Assembly (NCBI GenBank): GCA_963790475.1
Contig: CAWBOS010000010.1
Location: 1,792,001-1,856,000, forward strand
DNA: 64,000 nucleotides
From: an uncultured delta proteobacterium
Lineage (GTDB): Bacteria; Desulfobacterota; RBG-13-43-22
Direction: 5' to 3'
Shown: piece after piece, positions 20,194-29,745 of the stretch
How the letters are laid out: each line of letters starts with the position of its first letter
Numbering within the stretch: the first letter of the stretch is position 1
Made by a program: the position numbers and the translations under genes
The notes under the pieces: generated by a model
The model's input: only the letters and a program-made list of their open reading frames with translations
Database searches by the model: none
What the model was told of the DNA's origin: nothing

Positions 20194-20406
20194 ATGAAAG
20201 AAATTGAAATTTTAGAAGAGCCAATTGAGCTCTATAAGATCTTGAAGTTCAAAAACATGGTCGATAGCGGCGGTGAAGCGAAATATGTAATTTCTGAAGG
20301 TCAAGTTAAAGTGAATGGAAAGGTCGAAACCAGGAAACGGAAAAAGATCTTTTCAGGTGATGTCGTAGAATTTGGTGAACATAAAATTCGTGTGAAAGTC
20401 AAATGA
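20194..20406 (+). CDS. S4-domain RNA-binding protein (YbcJ/YaaA family)
   Basis: IELYKILK...SGGEAK...VKVNGKVETRKRKKI..GDVV. Confidence 0.9.
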   Translation: MKEIEILEEPIELYKILKFKNMVDSGGEAKYVISEGQVKVNGKVETRKRKKIFSGDVVEFGEHKIRVKVK

Positions 20407-20460
20407 GAATATGATTTAGGCGCTTAGTGAATCAACATCGACAAAGTTTTGTCGATAATA

Positions 20461-22119
20461 TTATGCTGCCATTTTATAAATTTCAAAAATTTGTTGCATC
20501 TCATGTTGGATATTTTTGTAATGAATATCGATAGTAGAGAAGTTTCCAGGTTTTGGTCCGGGATGATGCTTTTCAGCGCCAGCGAGCAGAGGAATCAATA
20601 TTTTTTCCCGCAGAACAAGGACAGCCGTCATCGAACGCAAGCCCACCGGGGTGGCCATATAACAGCGCGAATGGCCGATCATTTGAAGCAGATCTTTACC
20701 TCTAAACTTTTTCAAGTCATAAGAAGCCTGCCGAGCCTGATACCGGCTCTGCGGGATTCTGAGAATTTCCCGGACTTTTTCTGCCAGATTCGCAGCCGTA
20801 AATCCACGGGGATGGATAGAAAGAGCAATAACAGCTTCCATGACCGCCCGGATACGAGGCCGATTGATATCGACCCCTCCCACGGAGGTGGCTCCAACCT
20901 TAGAGGGCAGAGGCCACTTCTCCAAGGTACCGTTATCAATAAAAGAAACATCGACCCCGTTCAGAACGGTGAGGAATCTTTCCAGGACTTCTTTAAGGGA
21001 TTCGCAGATCTGTGGGAAACGATCGATCCGTTTTCCGCAACGCAACTGACTCGTATTGTGAATAATAACCTCGGTTCGGAGAACCCTTTCGCCTTTGCTA
21101 TACATCTTGACCGTCATTTTTCCAAAATGGATTTTGAAGATCGTCAGATCATAGACAGGTCTCTCGACCGTGATCTCGAATCGAGGCAACGGTTTCTTGC
21201 CGTGATGACTGAATGGCCGGTGTCGATAGCCAAAAATAGTTCGAACCGTCTTGAGATTCAAAGGGGCTCTGGTTCGATCGATCAAGCCCTGGAACACCTG
21301 ATCCAAAGTTCGGCCTCGGTTAAAAAGCAGATTGCGGCTATACTCCATCTGATAAACAGAATAACTGTAATGGAAGCCACTGGCTTTCTGCTCCGAAAGA
21401 TCCAAGGCAAAACAAAGACAGGCCGAATAAATCCATTGATCGCAGGTCCGAACCAGACGCCCTACAGAGCACGAGGCCCTCATGGTATCCGCGATGTGGT
21501 CCAGACCTGCGCTATCGGTCACTGCCGTAAAGCAGTTACCTTCTTTAGTAAAGACAAGCCCTTGTTTCATGGCCTGACGGGATAGATATTCATGTCCGTT
21601 CAGGATGATCTGGGCATTAAAAGGAGGATGGGGACAGAGTTTGATGGTCAGATGTCCCCATTCCGGATCCATTATGTGGAACGAATAATGGTTGACATAG
21701 GGGTAAGGGGTCTTGGTGGAAATGTTACTGATCCCCCCGCTTTTAGATCGCTGAATGTGGAAAAGGGGTGCCGGAGCAATCCCGGCCAGAATACAAAATA
21801 CACCCCGAAAGTTTGGATCCCCGGGAATATATTGCTCGGCCACCTCGTGCTTTCGTTCACCGCGCTGGCAATGGATCAAGGGAATACCTTCTTTCTTAGC
21901 ATAGGCATGAATCCGTCGGCTGAGTCGTCCGGCAAAACGCATCAGGTTGGTATCATTCAGATCGTTATCTGTTCCCTTCAAGGCCCGCCACCAGGTTCTA
22001 AATCCTCCAGGGGACTGGCCAAAAATGAAATAGGCATTGAGCACAATACGATCAATACAATCATAAATGCCGTCAAGGTAGTCTTGATATTGCTTGCAAA
22101 ATTCATCTGCCATGATCAT
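20461..22119 (-). CDS. 552-aa putative transposase: Rep_trans-like catalytic motifs plus C-terminal winged-HTH-like region
   Basis: YQMEYSRN, KMYSK..VLRTE; C-terminal GFTAANL...ASYDLKKFRGKDLL...SRCYMATPVG; no DDE, HUH or Tyr/Ser recombinase motif recognised. Confidence 0.7.
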   Translation of the reverse strand: MIMADEFCKQYQDYLDGIYDCIDRIVLNAYFIFGQSPGGFRTWWRALKGTDNDLNDTNLMRFAGRLSRRIHAYAKKEGIPLIHCQRGERKHEVAEQYIPGDPNFRGVFCILAGIAPAPLFHIQRSKSGGISNISTKTPYPYVNHYSFHIMDPEWGHLTIKLCPHPPFNAQIILNGHEYLSRQAMKQGLVFTKEGNCFTAVTDSAGLDHIADTMRASCSVGRLVRTCDQWIYSACLCFALDLSEQKASGFHYSYSVYQMEYSRNLLFNRGRTLDQVFQGLIDRTRAPLNLKTVRTIFGYRHRPFSHHGKKPLPRFEITVERPVYDLTIFKIHFGKMTVKMYSKGERVLRTEVIIHNTSQLRCGKRIDRFPQICESLKEVLERFLTVLNGVDVSFIDNGTLEKWPLPSKVGATSVGGVDINRPRIRAVMEAVIALSIHPRGFTAANLAEKVREILRIPQSRYQARQASYDLKKFRGKDLLQMIGHSRCYMATPVGLRSMTAVLVLREKILIPLLAGAEKHHPGPKPGNFSTIDIHYKNIQHEMQQIFEIYKMAA

Positions 22120-22120
22120 C

Positions 22121-22359
22121 GGTCTTTCCCTGGTCGATCTTTTGATATGGAGGGCTCCCCAGTCATTGCCGGGGCCCCTTCTCGGCGGCTGCGAGAATGG
22201 GCCCCTGAGCGGCTCGTCGGAGCAGCCGCCTCAATTAGAGGTTCTTTTACAGCTAATATCGGGGCTACCCCTTAAGGGAAAGACCAGATTAAAGACTCCG
22301 GGCTTTTAAGTCAACTGCCCTGTTAGGGGCCACCTCTTCCGGGGAACTCCCGGACGAGG
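22121..22359 (-). ncRNA. Candidate structured RNA/ssDNA leader of the element
   Basis: 11-bp enclosing stem 22121-22131/22275-22285; hairpins 22171-22205, 22207-22232, 22317-22330, 22333-22359. Confidence 0.5.
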
Positions 22360-22409
22360 CGTAGTAACTTAGGAATAGAATTCTACTCAAATTGGATAGA
22401 ATATTTCGT

Positions 22410-22524
22410 CGTCATTCCCGCGGAGGCGGGAATCCAGGCTATTCTCAACTTATTAAAAACACTGGATTCCCTTTTTCAAGGGAATGACGAAAATAGGCTT
22501 TCGGTGACTTTTTACGAATCCACC
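22410..22524. repeat. gtcattcccgcg..gcgggaatccag palindromic repeat with MITE-type end
   Basis: cgtcattccc...gggaatccag and ctggattccc...gggaatgacg, followed by gactttttacgaatccacc; relative at 43111-43243. Confidence 0.75.
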
Positions 22525-22722
22525 AAATGTTACAATATTTCAAATATGGTTCCGGCTTGTCCGGGTTAGGGTGTTATAAAGAAATTTGGCGGTGGATTGC
22601 TCGGGCAACAATGGCATCAAGATGGTCGCCCTTATCAGTTACGCCTCTTGCGGGGTAAAAGTCTCGTCGTCTTATCGGGCATTGATTACACTCGGTCTTC
22701 AATCGTAACAGAAAGGATATGC

Positions 22723-22913
22723 ATGTCTGTATACATGATTATCGACTCCAAAGTAAAAGACCGAGAAAAATATCGACAATACCTGGACCAAGTCTCCCCC
22801 CTTGTCACCAGGTATGGGGGTTGGCCTCCCCGGAGTACGGTGCCATTGCATCATTGCGCGAAGAGGGTGCCGAGACACAAGTCATCCTTGTTGAGGGATA
22901 CTTAAACGAATAA
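22723..22913 (+). pseudogene. DUF1330 family remnant with internal deletion
   Basis: MSVYMIIDSKVKDREKYRQY...RYGG joined out of frame to WLASPEYGAIASLREEG...ILVEG. Confidence 0.7.
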
Positions 22914-23051
22914 AGGCCGAGTACAGGGAATAACCGAATCACCCTAAAATGAGTAATCCCATGAGCCTTTGGGATCATGGAGGACTCTTCAGCATAGAGG
23001 TACAAAAGGTAAAAAATATTGACCCTACCTTCGGCCGGAAAGGAGAAACAA

Positions 23052-23711
23052 ATGGTAAAGCATAAGACGGGAACTGCCATAGCAGTAATTGGTATTGGTC
23101 TGCTTGCCTTTTATCTGGTCGTCAGGTTGCTCTACCTTCAAGATATTAATGCGGCATTGGCCCAAGCTCGGAGACTTAATCTTGGAGACCCGGCCAGGGC
23201 CAATGTCACCGGATATCTCATTATCTATATAATCTGGGTCTTCTCTTTCAAGCTGGGTATGCTGCTGGTGCTTATCGGCGGCGCCCTTAATGCCGGAATG
23301 GAATCGCGCCGCCTTTGGTTTTTTATCATAGGCGGAGCTTTATATTTAATTCTTTGTTATGTCCCTATCGGATATTATCCTTTGTTTTTTGGTATTCAAG
23401 GGACCATTATTCTTTTACTATTTCTTTTGATTATCCGCTATTGGATGAAAAAGCGTCCCAGACTTGAAAAATCGGCAAGGACGGCAAGAGACCTTCGGAT
23501 CATAGGGTATTATTTCTTTGTCGTGGCCACCTGGAATCTTTGCGGTATTTTTGGAGTCGCCGCCTACGTTTTAAAACCGGAGATCATGATTAAACAAGGC
23601 CTGCAATCCAACGCGGTTACATTGGCTTCCCATGTGATGATAGAATTACTATTGGGTTGGTTTTTTATTTTTCTTAGTATGGTGAAAGAACACTCGGCCG
23701 CTAAGGTTTAG
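23052..23711 (+). CDS. Hypothetical integral membrane protein
   Basis: AGGAG RBS; about six hydrophobic segments. Confidence 0.75.
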   Translation: MVKHKTGTAIAVIGIGLLAFYLVVRLLYLQDINAALAQARRLNLGDPARANVTGYLIIYIIWVFSFKLGMLLVLIGGALNAGMESRRLWFFIIGGALYLILCYVPIGYYPLFFGIQGTIILLLFLLIIRYWMKKRPRLEKSARTARDLRIIGYYFFVVATWNLCGIFGVAAYVLKPEIMIKQGLQSNAVTLASHVMIELLLGWFFIFLSMVKEHSAAKV

Positions 23712-23727
23712 TCCGAAATAGAAACCC

Positions 23728-24423
23728 TCAGCTTTTCCAGGCCAAACGTTTTTCAAGCCAACGGGATAAACTGGTAAAGGCATAGCAGATAATAAAATAG
23801 ATCACGGCAATAAAGAAAAATATCTCCGTGGAATAGACGATGGTACGATTGCTGATCTGGGTGGCCACGTGGGTCAATTCCGAAACGCCGACAATAAAGG
23901 CCAGGGAGGTATCCTTGATCAAGGAAACAAATTGATTGACAAAAGAGGGGATCATGTTGCGGAGCCCCTGCGGTAGCACAATATAGATCATCGCCTGCCA
24001 GGGACGGAGTCCCGTTGATATGGCCGCCTCTGTTTGCCCCCGGGGTATACTTTCCACTCCAGCCTTGACGATTTGAGACATATAGGCCGCGGTGAACAGC
24101 GTCAGGGCCATAATCACCGTCCAACTCTCGGTTACCGTGTGACCCAGAAATGCCGGAAGAAGAAAATACATCCAGGATATTACCATTAAAAGCGGCATCC
24201 CGCGAAGAACATTCACCAGCGCCAGTGAGGCGTATTTCACAATCCTGTTGGGCGACAGGTTCATGAGGCCCAACACCAGGCCCCCCACAAAGGAAAGGAC
24301 GCAGGCCACTACGGCCAGATACAGGGTAAGGGCGATCCCGCCCAAGGGACCGTGAGGGAAACGCCCGATGAAAAAGTAGGTCAGGTTGGTCCAGATAACG
24401 GTAAAATCAAACCCCGTTCCCAT
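23728..24423 (-). CDS. Polar amino acid ABC transporter permease
   Basis: RGMPLL, GQTEAA..GL, LPQ, LIKDTSL. Confidence 0.9.
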   Translation of the reverse strand: MGTGFDFTVIWTNLTYFFIGRFPHGPLGGIALTLYLAVVACVLSFVGGLVLGLMNLSPNRIVKYASLALVNVLRGMPLLMVISWMYFLLPAFLGHTVTESWTVIMALTLFTAAYMSQIVKAGVESIPRGQTEAAISTGLRPWQAMIYIVLPQGLRNMIPSFVNQFVSLIKDTSLAFIVGVSELTHVATQISNRTIVYSTEIFFFIAVIYFIICYAFTSLSRWLEKRLAWKS

Positions 24424-24435
24424 GTTATCGGACTT

Positions 24436-25056
24436 TCATAGGGGTAAGGACCTTCTTGCTGTAGAGGTCACCAGTCCGGTGATGACCAGAGAGATCACCA
24501 CATACACCAGTGTGGCCGCGGTAAAGGCCTCGAATCCCCTGAAGGTATAGCTTTCCACCTGACGGGCCTGATAGGTCAATTCCATGACGCCGATGGTCAT
24601 GGCCAGGGAAGAATTTTTCGTCAGATTCAAAAACTGATTTATCAGCGGGGGGATGGTCAAGCGGACGGCCTGGGGTAGAATAATATACTGCATGGAACGA
24701 AGAAAAGTGAAACCCGAACTTTGCGCCGCCTCCAACTGCTCCTTGGGGATCGAGCGGACACCGGAACGTATATCTTCGGCAATAAAGGCCGAGGTATAGA
24801 TGCTTAAAGCGATTACCGCCGCTGCAAATTCAAAATTCAGACTATTCATCCAGTTGTTTATCGAGGCCGGTAATATCTTATATGATCCGAAATACCAGAA
24901 GAAGATCTGGACCAGGAGGGGTGTGTTCCGGAAGAATTCCAGATAGCCGTGAGCAAACCAGCGGATGGGCCGGACCTGGCTCATCCTCATGATGGCAATG
25001 ATCAAGCCCAGGACAAAACCCAGAGTGATAGACACCAGAGAGAGTTGGATAAGCAA
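24436..25056 (-). pseudogene. Polar amino acid ABC permease, 5'-truncated
   Basis: [20 protein letters not shown]; N-terminus missing and abutting the ATPase remnant. Confidence 0.75.
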
Positions 25057-25671
25057 CTCTGTGGGCTACTTCGCTGGCAAACCCCATTTCGTGGGTCACA
25101 ACAATCATGGTCATTCCCGATTTCGCCAGGTCTTGCATAACGGCCAGAACTTCCCCGATCATCTCGGGATCAAGGGCAGAAGTGGGTTCATCAAAAAGCA
25201 TTATTTTAGGTTTCATAGCCAGGGCCCGGGCTATAGCCACCCTTGCTGTTGCCCCCCCGATAGCTGGGTCGGATAGGCATTGACCTTATCAGTCAGGCCG
25301 ACTCGTTCCAGAAGGGCCATGGCCTGCTCTTCGGCCTCCTTTTTCAGGGTGTGGCGGATCTTAATCGGGGCCAGAGTGATATTCTTTAACACCGAAAGGT
25401 GCGGGTAAAGGTTGAATTGCTGAAACACAAATCCGATTTCCGCCCGGAGTTTATTGATATCCGTCTTAGGATCGGAAAGATCCATACCGTCCACTATAAG
25501 CGTCCCTTGATCGATGGGTTCGAGTTTATTGATCGTCCTGATTAAGGTTGACTTTCCGGAACCCGAAGGGCTGCAGACCACCAGTACCTCCCCCTGCCCG
25601 ACATGAAGATCAACCTCATTAAGAACATGGAGTTTCTTGAACCATTTATGAACCCCTTTAAAGGTAATCAT
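25054..25671 (-). pseudogene. GlnQ-like amino acid ABC ATPase, frameshifted and 3'-truncated
   Basis: Walker A reads SPSGSGKS; LSGGQQQ then frameshift near 25240; [10 protein letters not shown]; homology ends at AHRV. Confidence 0.8.
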
Positions 25672-25942
25672 TCACTTCCTCTGCTCTCCACATTTTCCGG
25701 ACAATGCAAAAGGATTGATAATATATTTCTCATGATTATTTTTCAAGTTAATCCTCTGATCTCCCAACCATCCCCCCATTCTTTGAATCGGGGTTTGAAA
25801 AGTAATTGTCAAGGCAATCTTTTTCTATTAATATATAAAAGATTATAAAAAGTTAAATGACTACGAGTAATAAACAAGGTTCGTTAATATTTTTATCACT
25901 CGCAATATAATTATGATAATTATTTTTTTCTGAGGCGGTGTT

Positions 25943-26104
25943 ATGAAGACTAAGTCAAAAATCGGTGCCTATATCCTTATTGTTTTAGGTATTATCTTCC
26001 TTCTGTCAAATTATGGCTGGCTGCCAGGTCTCCATACTTTAATGGCTAAAGGGTGGCCGTTCATACTTATTATTGTGGGCGTTTGGTTATTGATACGGCA
26101 CTGA
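25943..26104 (+). CDS. Small membrane protein (LiaI/LiaF-like, DUF5668)
   Basis: 53 aa MKTKSKIGAYILIVLGIIFLLSNYGW...WPFILIIVGVWLL; below the ORF-track cutoff. Confidence 0.75.
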   Translation: MKTKSKIGAYILIVLGIIFLLSNYGWLPGLHTLMAKGWPFILIIVGVWLLIRH

Positions 26105-26186
26105 CCAAAACAGAAGTCAATAGTATTGCCCGAATGGCTCGAGAGTTTTTTAGTCAAAATTTGTCTTGACGAAGGAGGACCAATCT

Positions 26187-26408
26187 ATGAAGCTTATAAA
26201 AATTTGGGTTGCTATGGTTGTGATTGTTATGTCCTTGGGCTTAGCCGCCTGCGGAGGGGGGGGAGCCGAAGTCAAATCACAGTCCTACTCCACCACCTTG
26301 GGACAGGAATTGAAAGACCTTGAGGATGCTTACCAGAAGGGGATTATCACGGAAAAACAATACAACAGATCGAAGGAAAAATTGATCGAGCAAAGGACGG
26401 ATAGATAG
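26187..26408 (+). CDS. Small lipoprotein with SHOCT-like domain
   Basis: Lipobox LAAC; TLGQELKDLEDAYQKGIITEKQY. Confidence 0.85.
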   Translation: MKLIKIWVAMVVIVMSLGLAACGGGGAEVKSQSYSTTLGQELKDLEDAYQKGIITEKQYNRSKEKLIEQRTDR

Positions 26409-26928
26409 CGATAGTCAATTCGACTGATCATGTATTCCGATCCGTCGAATGAATACTTACCCAGCCGGTTGACGTCCGGCGAACGAAAAGGCCAGGAAAC
26501 CTTCCAATCAAAATATTCACTGGCAATATCTTTTAGAGCCTTATGATCAAAAACTTCCGACTTGAGTTCTTCACCGATCCTGTCGGCCAGCAAGCGGAAG
26601 TAGACGGTGACCAGGTCAATATCGGTCAGACAGAGGCCGTAGAGAAACCAGTCGTCGATTATTTTCATCAGGTTTCGCGATTGGACCCGAGGTATATAAT
26701 GACCTCGTATCTCTTTGTAACCTCTTCCTCGGCCAGTGTTTCCTTGGCGTAATAGGCTATATCTCCCCGGGTTTTCATGACTTCGCTAAAACGTCGGGAC
26801 CTGGCGCGCAGCCTCCGGGTTAGCGACTCGCGTGAGCTGTCCACATAATTATAAAGGCCGCAGCAGGCCGCACAGGATTTGAACGTATCCGGTTGACACA
26901 AAACAGTGGGATAGGGATCGGCTGTCAC
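26405..26928 (-). pseudogene. Fragmented Cys-rich hypothetical protein
   Basis: CQPDTFKSCAACCGLYN fragment and DDWFLYGLCLTDID fragment are not joined in one ORF; the 3' end runs into the convergent gene. Confidence 0.55.
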
Positions 26929-26952
26929 TGCTTACCTGCTTATCAATCTATA

Positions 26953-27690
26953 TCAAACTGAAGAACGAACAGTAAATTGAACTAACAAACGGGAAACTTG
27001 TTTCCTGGCTTCCAAAAACCGGGGTTCTCGGAAGCCGTGACGCCAAGTCATTTTGGAAAGATCATCGGAGACAATCAACAAAGCCGCCGCTTCGATCCCT
27101 CGAAAGGTACTGACGGTAAAAATTGCCGAGGTCTCCATGTCCACCCCCAGCACACCCCGGGATTGAAAAGCCTTGACTTTATCTATGGTTTCCCGGTAAG
27201 GGGCGTCGGTGGACCAGACCGGCCCTTGTTTGAAAGATAAACCCTTTTCATTCAAGGCTGCTTTTATATCCCGAAACAGGGAACTGGAAGGTTTGGAACG
27301 CAATTCATTGGAGTAATGACGCGAAGTCCCTTCTTCGCTGATGGCCTCATCCGGCAGGATAAGGTCCCCGGGGGATAAGGCCGGATTCAGACCACCGGTC
27401 CAACCCAGAAAGATAACACGCCGAGCCCCCAGGGCAATCAGCTTCTCCAAAATCATGACCGCCTGTGGAGCCCCAACCGCCGGCCCGGCCACCCCAATTG
27501 TTCTTGAAGAACCCGTGAGTTGAAAAACCCGCAAGAGATTATTTTTAAAGCAGAGGGAGCCGACTTCTCCAAAAAGCCGGGTCATCCGCTGTAAATCCCC
27601 GGGTAGGGGTATAAGCAGGGCCAAGGGGTCAATACCCGGTTCAGAACGGGATTTTTTAGGGTTGATTAGGCAGGAGGAAAGATCCGGCAT
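26953..27690 (-). CDS. Nucleoside phosphorylase (PNP/UDP family)
   Basis: VGAPQA, EEGTSRHY, WSTDAPYRET, VDMETSA, VSD. Confidence 0.9.
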   Translation of the reverse strand: MPDLSSCLINPKKSRSEPGIDPLALLIPLPGDLQRMTRLFGEVGSLCFKNNLLRVFQLTGSSRTIGVAGPAVGAPQAVMILEKLIALGARRVIFLGWTGGLNPALSPGDLILPDEAISEEGTSRHYSNELRSKPSSSLFRDIKAALNEKGLSFKQGPVWSTDAPYRETIDKVKAFQSRGVLGVDMETSAIFTVSTFRGIEAAALLIVSDDLSKMTWRHGFREPRFLEARKQVSRLLVQFTVRSSV

Positions 27691-27692
27691 GG

Positions 27693-29414
27693 TTATCCCT
27701 GATATTTTCTGGCCCGGCTTAGCATTTCCCTGGCCACGGAGGCAGTCTTGGCGGAAGAGGAAGATCCCCCCAGCATACGGGCCATTTCTTCCACTTGTTC
27801 TTCTCCTTGAAGCAAATGGATCCTGGTCTGGGTCCGCTGAGCGCGGGTCTCCTTGGACACCTGGAAATGGGTCTCGGCAAAGGCAGCGATTTGGGGCAAA
27901 TGGGTGATACAGACCACCTGGTGGGCCTGGGATAATTGTGACAACTTCCGGCCAACGGCCTCCCCCAGACTTCCCCCGATCCCGGAGTCCACCTCATCAA
28001 AAATCAGGGTTTCCAGGGAGTCCTGATGAGACAGCAATCCTTTGAGGACCAACAAAATCCGGGAAAGTTCACCGCCTGAGGCAATCCGGGCCAAAGGCCG
28101 CAGACCTTCTCCCAAATTGGGGGCGATATAAAACTCCCCTTTCTCGATTCCTGTGCGGCTCAGAAAAGTTCCCTCATAAATGTAATTTTCTTCGGTGTCT
28201 TTTTCTCTCTCGTTGACTATTGGGGAAAAAACCATTTGAAACTTACAACCCTCCATGCCCAGATCTTTTAATTGCGATTCAACTTGGGCGGTTAAATCCA
28301 AAGCCGCCGTCTTTCTTTTCCGGGATAATTCCAGAGAAGATTCAAAAAGTCGTCTGCGTGCCGTTTGAATATCCCCTTCCAACTCCTTCCGTTCATATTC
28401 CTGATCCTCCCCCTCTTTTAAATCTTTTTCTATTTGTGCCCCGTAGCCCAAAACGTCTTCGACTGTCGGACCGTATTTAGCGGTCAGCCGCTGAATTCGG
28501 TCGAGCCGTTCCTCCACCTGTTCCAAAACTTGAGGATCGAAAATCAGGCGGGAGAGGTAATCCCGCAATCCGGCGACAATCTCGTTCAACTGTAATTGAA
28601 GGGTCTCCAGATCCTGAAACAGGGGCTGGAGGCTGGTGTCCATGGCGGCCGCCGCTCGAACCAGATCTTTGGAAAGAGAAAGGGTGGTCAAACTGGAATG
28701 TTCTTCTTCAGACAAGATCTGCCCGGCCTGGTGAACCTTCTCCCATATTTTTTCCGCCTGTTGAAGAACCCGTCTTCGCTGTGGCAGTTCCTGATCTTCT
28801 CCGGAACGGAGATCGGCCTGTTGAATCTCTTGGGCTTGAAAAAGCCACAAGTCTTTCTGACTCTTTCTTTTTTGTTCCTGATTAATAAGCTCTTGCCAGG
28901 CCCTGATTTGGTCCTCCAGGAAATCAAACCGGTTCTGAACTTCTTCCCGCAAGGAAAGCAAACCGGCAAAACGGTCCAGAAGGAAAAGATGCTGAACCGG
29001 ATTTAACAGGGATTGATACTCATGTTGATTGGAGATGCCGATCAACGAGCGGGTCACCCGGCCCAGCGTGGACTGGTTGGTCAGACTTCCATTGATCCAG
29101 GCCCGGCTTTTTCCGCCGGTTTGTACCGTACGTTTGACCAGAATTTGCTCCTCAACCGGCAGGCCCAGGGAAATAAGGAGATCCTGCAGCGGATGGTCGG
29201 AGGGAAGGCTGAAAAGGGCTTCAACCCGGGCTTCTTCCGCGCCTTGGCGAATTGTGTCCGGAGAGGGTTTTTCCCCTAAAAGAAGATTAACCGCCTTGAT
29301 AATGATCGATTTACCGGCCCCGGTTTCCCCGGAAAGAATATTCAACCCTTTTGAAAAAGAAAAGGTCACCTGATCAATAAGGGCCAGATTAACAATTTGT
29401 AACTGATCAAGCAC
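27693..29414 (-). CDS. recN: DNA repair protein RecN
   Basis: GETGAGKS, coiled coil, ASGGELSR, IFDEVDSG, ITHLPQIA. Confidence 0.97.
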   Translation of the reverse strand: MLDQLQIVNLALIDQVTFSFSKGLNILSGETGAGKSIIIKAVNLLLGEKPSPDTIRQGAEEARVEALFSLPSDHPLQDLLISLGLPVEEQILVKRTVQTGGKSRAWINGSLTNQSTLGRVTRSLIGISNQHEYQSLLNPVQHLFLLDRFAGLLSLREEVQNRFDFLEDQIRAWQELINQEQKRKSQKDLWLFQAQEIQQADLRSGEDQELPQRRRVLQQAEKIWEKVHQAGQILSEEEHSSLTTLSLSKDLVRAAAAMDTSLQPLFQDLETLQLQLNEIVAGLRDYLSRLIFDPQVLEQVEERLDRIQRLTAKYGPTVEDVLGYGAQIEKDLKEGEDQEYERKELEGDIQTARRRLFESSLELSRKRKTAALDLTAQVESQLKDLGMEGCKFQMVFSPIVNEREKDTEENYIYEGTFLSRTGIEKGEFYIAPNLGEGLRPLARIASGGELSRILLVLKGLLSHQDSLETLIFDEVDSGIGGSLGEAVGRKLSQLSQAHQVVCITHLPQIAAFAETHFQVSKETRAQRTQTRIHLLQGEEQVEEMARMLGGSSSSAKTASVAREMLSRARKYQG

Positions 29415-29472
29415 TGCCGCTTTCCTTCTTTTATTTTCAGCTGAAAGTGCGAACTATTTACCAGCCGGTCAC

Positions 29473-29512
29473 AAAAAAGGCCCTCTATTTTCCATAAGTC
29501 ATTAGAGGGCCT
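29473..29512 (-). terminator. Probable intrinsic terminator after the cold-shock gene
   Basis: aggccctcta/tagagggcct stem followed by a T-tract on the minus strand. Confidence 0.65.
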
Positions 29513-29535
29513 CCAATCATTTTCCGATGGTGAGA

Positions 29536-29745
29536 TTAAACCTGAAGCTTCATTACCTTGGCTGCCTGCGGACCCTTTTCTCCTTCTTTTATCTCGAACT
29601 CCACATCCTGACCCTGTTTCAAGGTTTTAAAACCGTCCATCTGGATAGCCGAATAGTGTACAAAGACATCCAATCCCCCATCCTGTTCAATAAATCCAAA
29701 CCCCTTGGCATCATTAAACCACTTCACTTTCCCTTTACTCATCAT
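29536..29745 (-). CDS. Cold-shock protein (CspA family)
   Basis: [23 protein letters not shown]. Confidence 0.97.
   Translation of the reverse strand: MMSKGKVKWFNDAKGFGFIEQDGGLDVFVHYSAIQMDGFKTLKQGQDVEFEIKEGEKGPQAAKVMKLQV

Larger units (their letters stand above)
20416..22373 (-). mobile_element. Putative IS-like element with Rep_trans-like initiator, structured leader and terminal hairpin
   Basis: ttagg at both ends (20416-20420, 22369-22373), no TIRs, hairpin at 20437-20456, a single long ORF. Confidence 0.6.

Noticed and set aside
20449-22275. Long plus-strand ORFs (378 aa, 227 aa) antisense to the 552-aa gene
   Set aside because: Shadow ORFs with no RBS or motifs; the minus-strand protein carries the recognisable motifs
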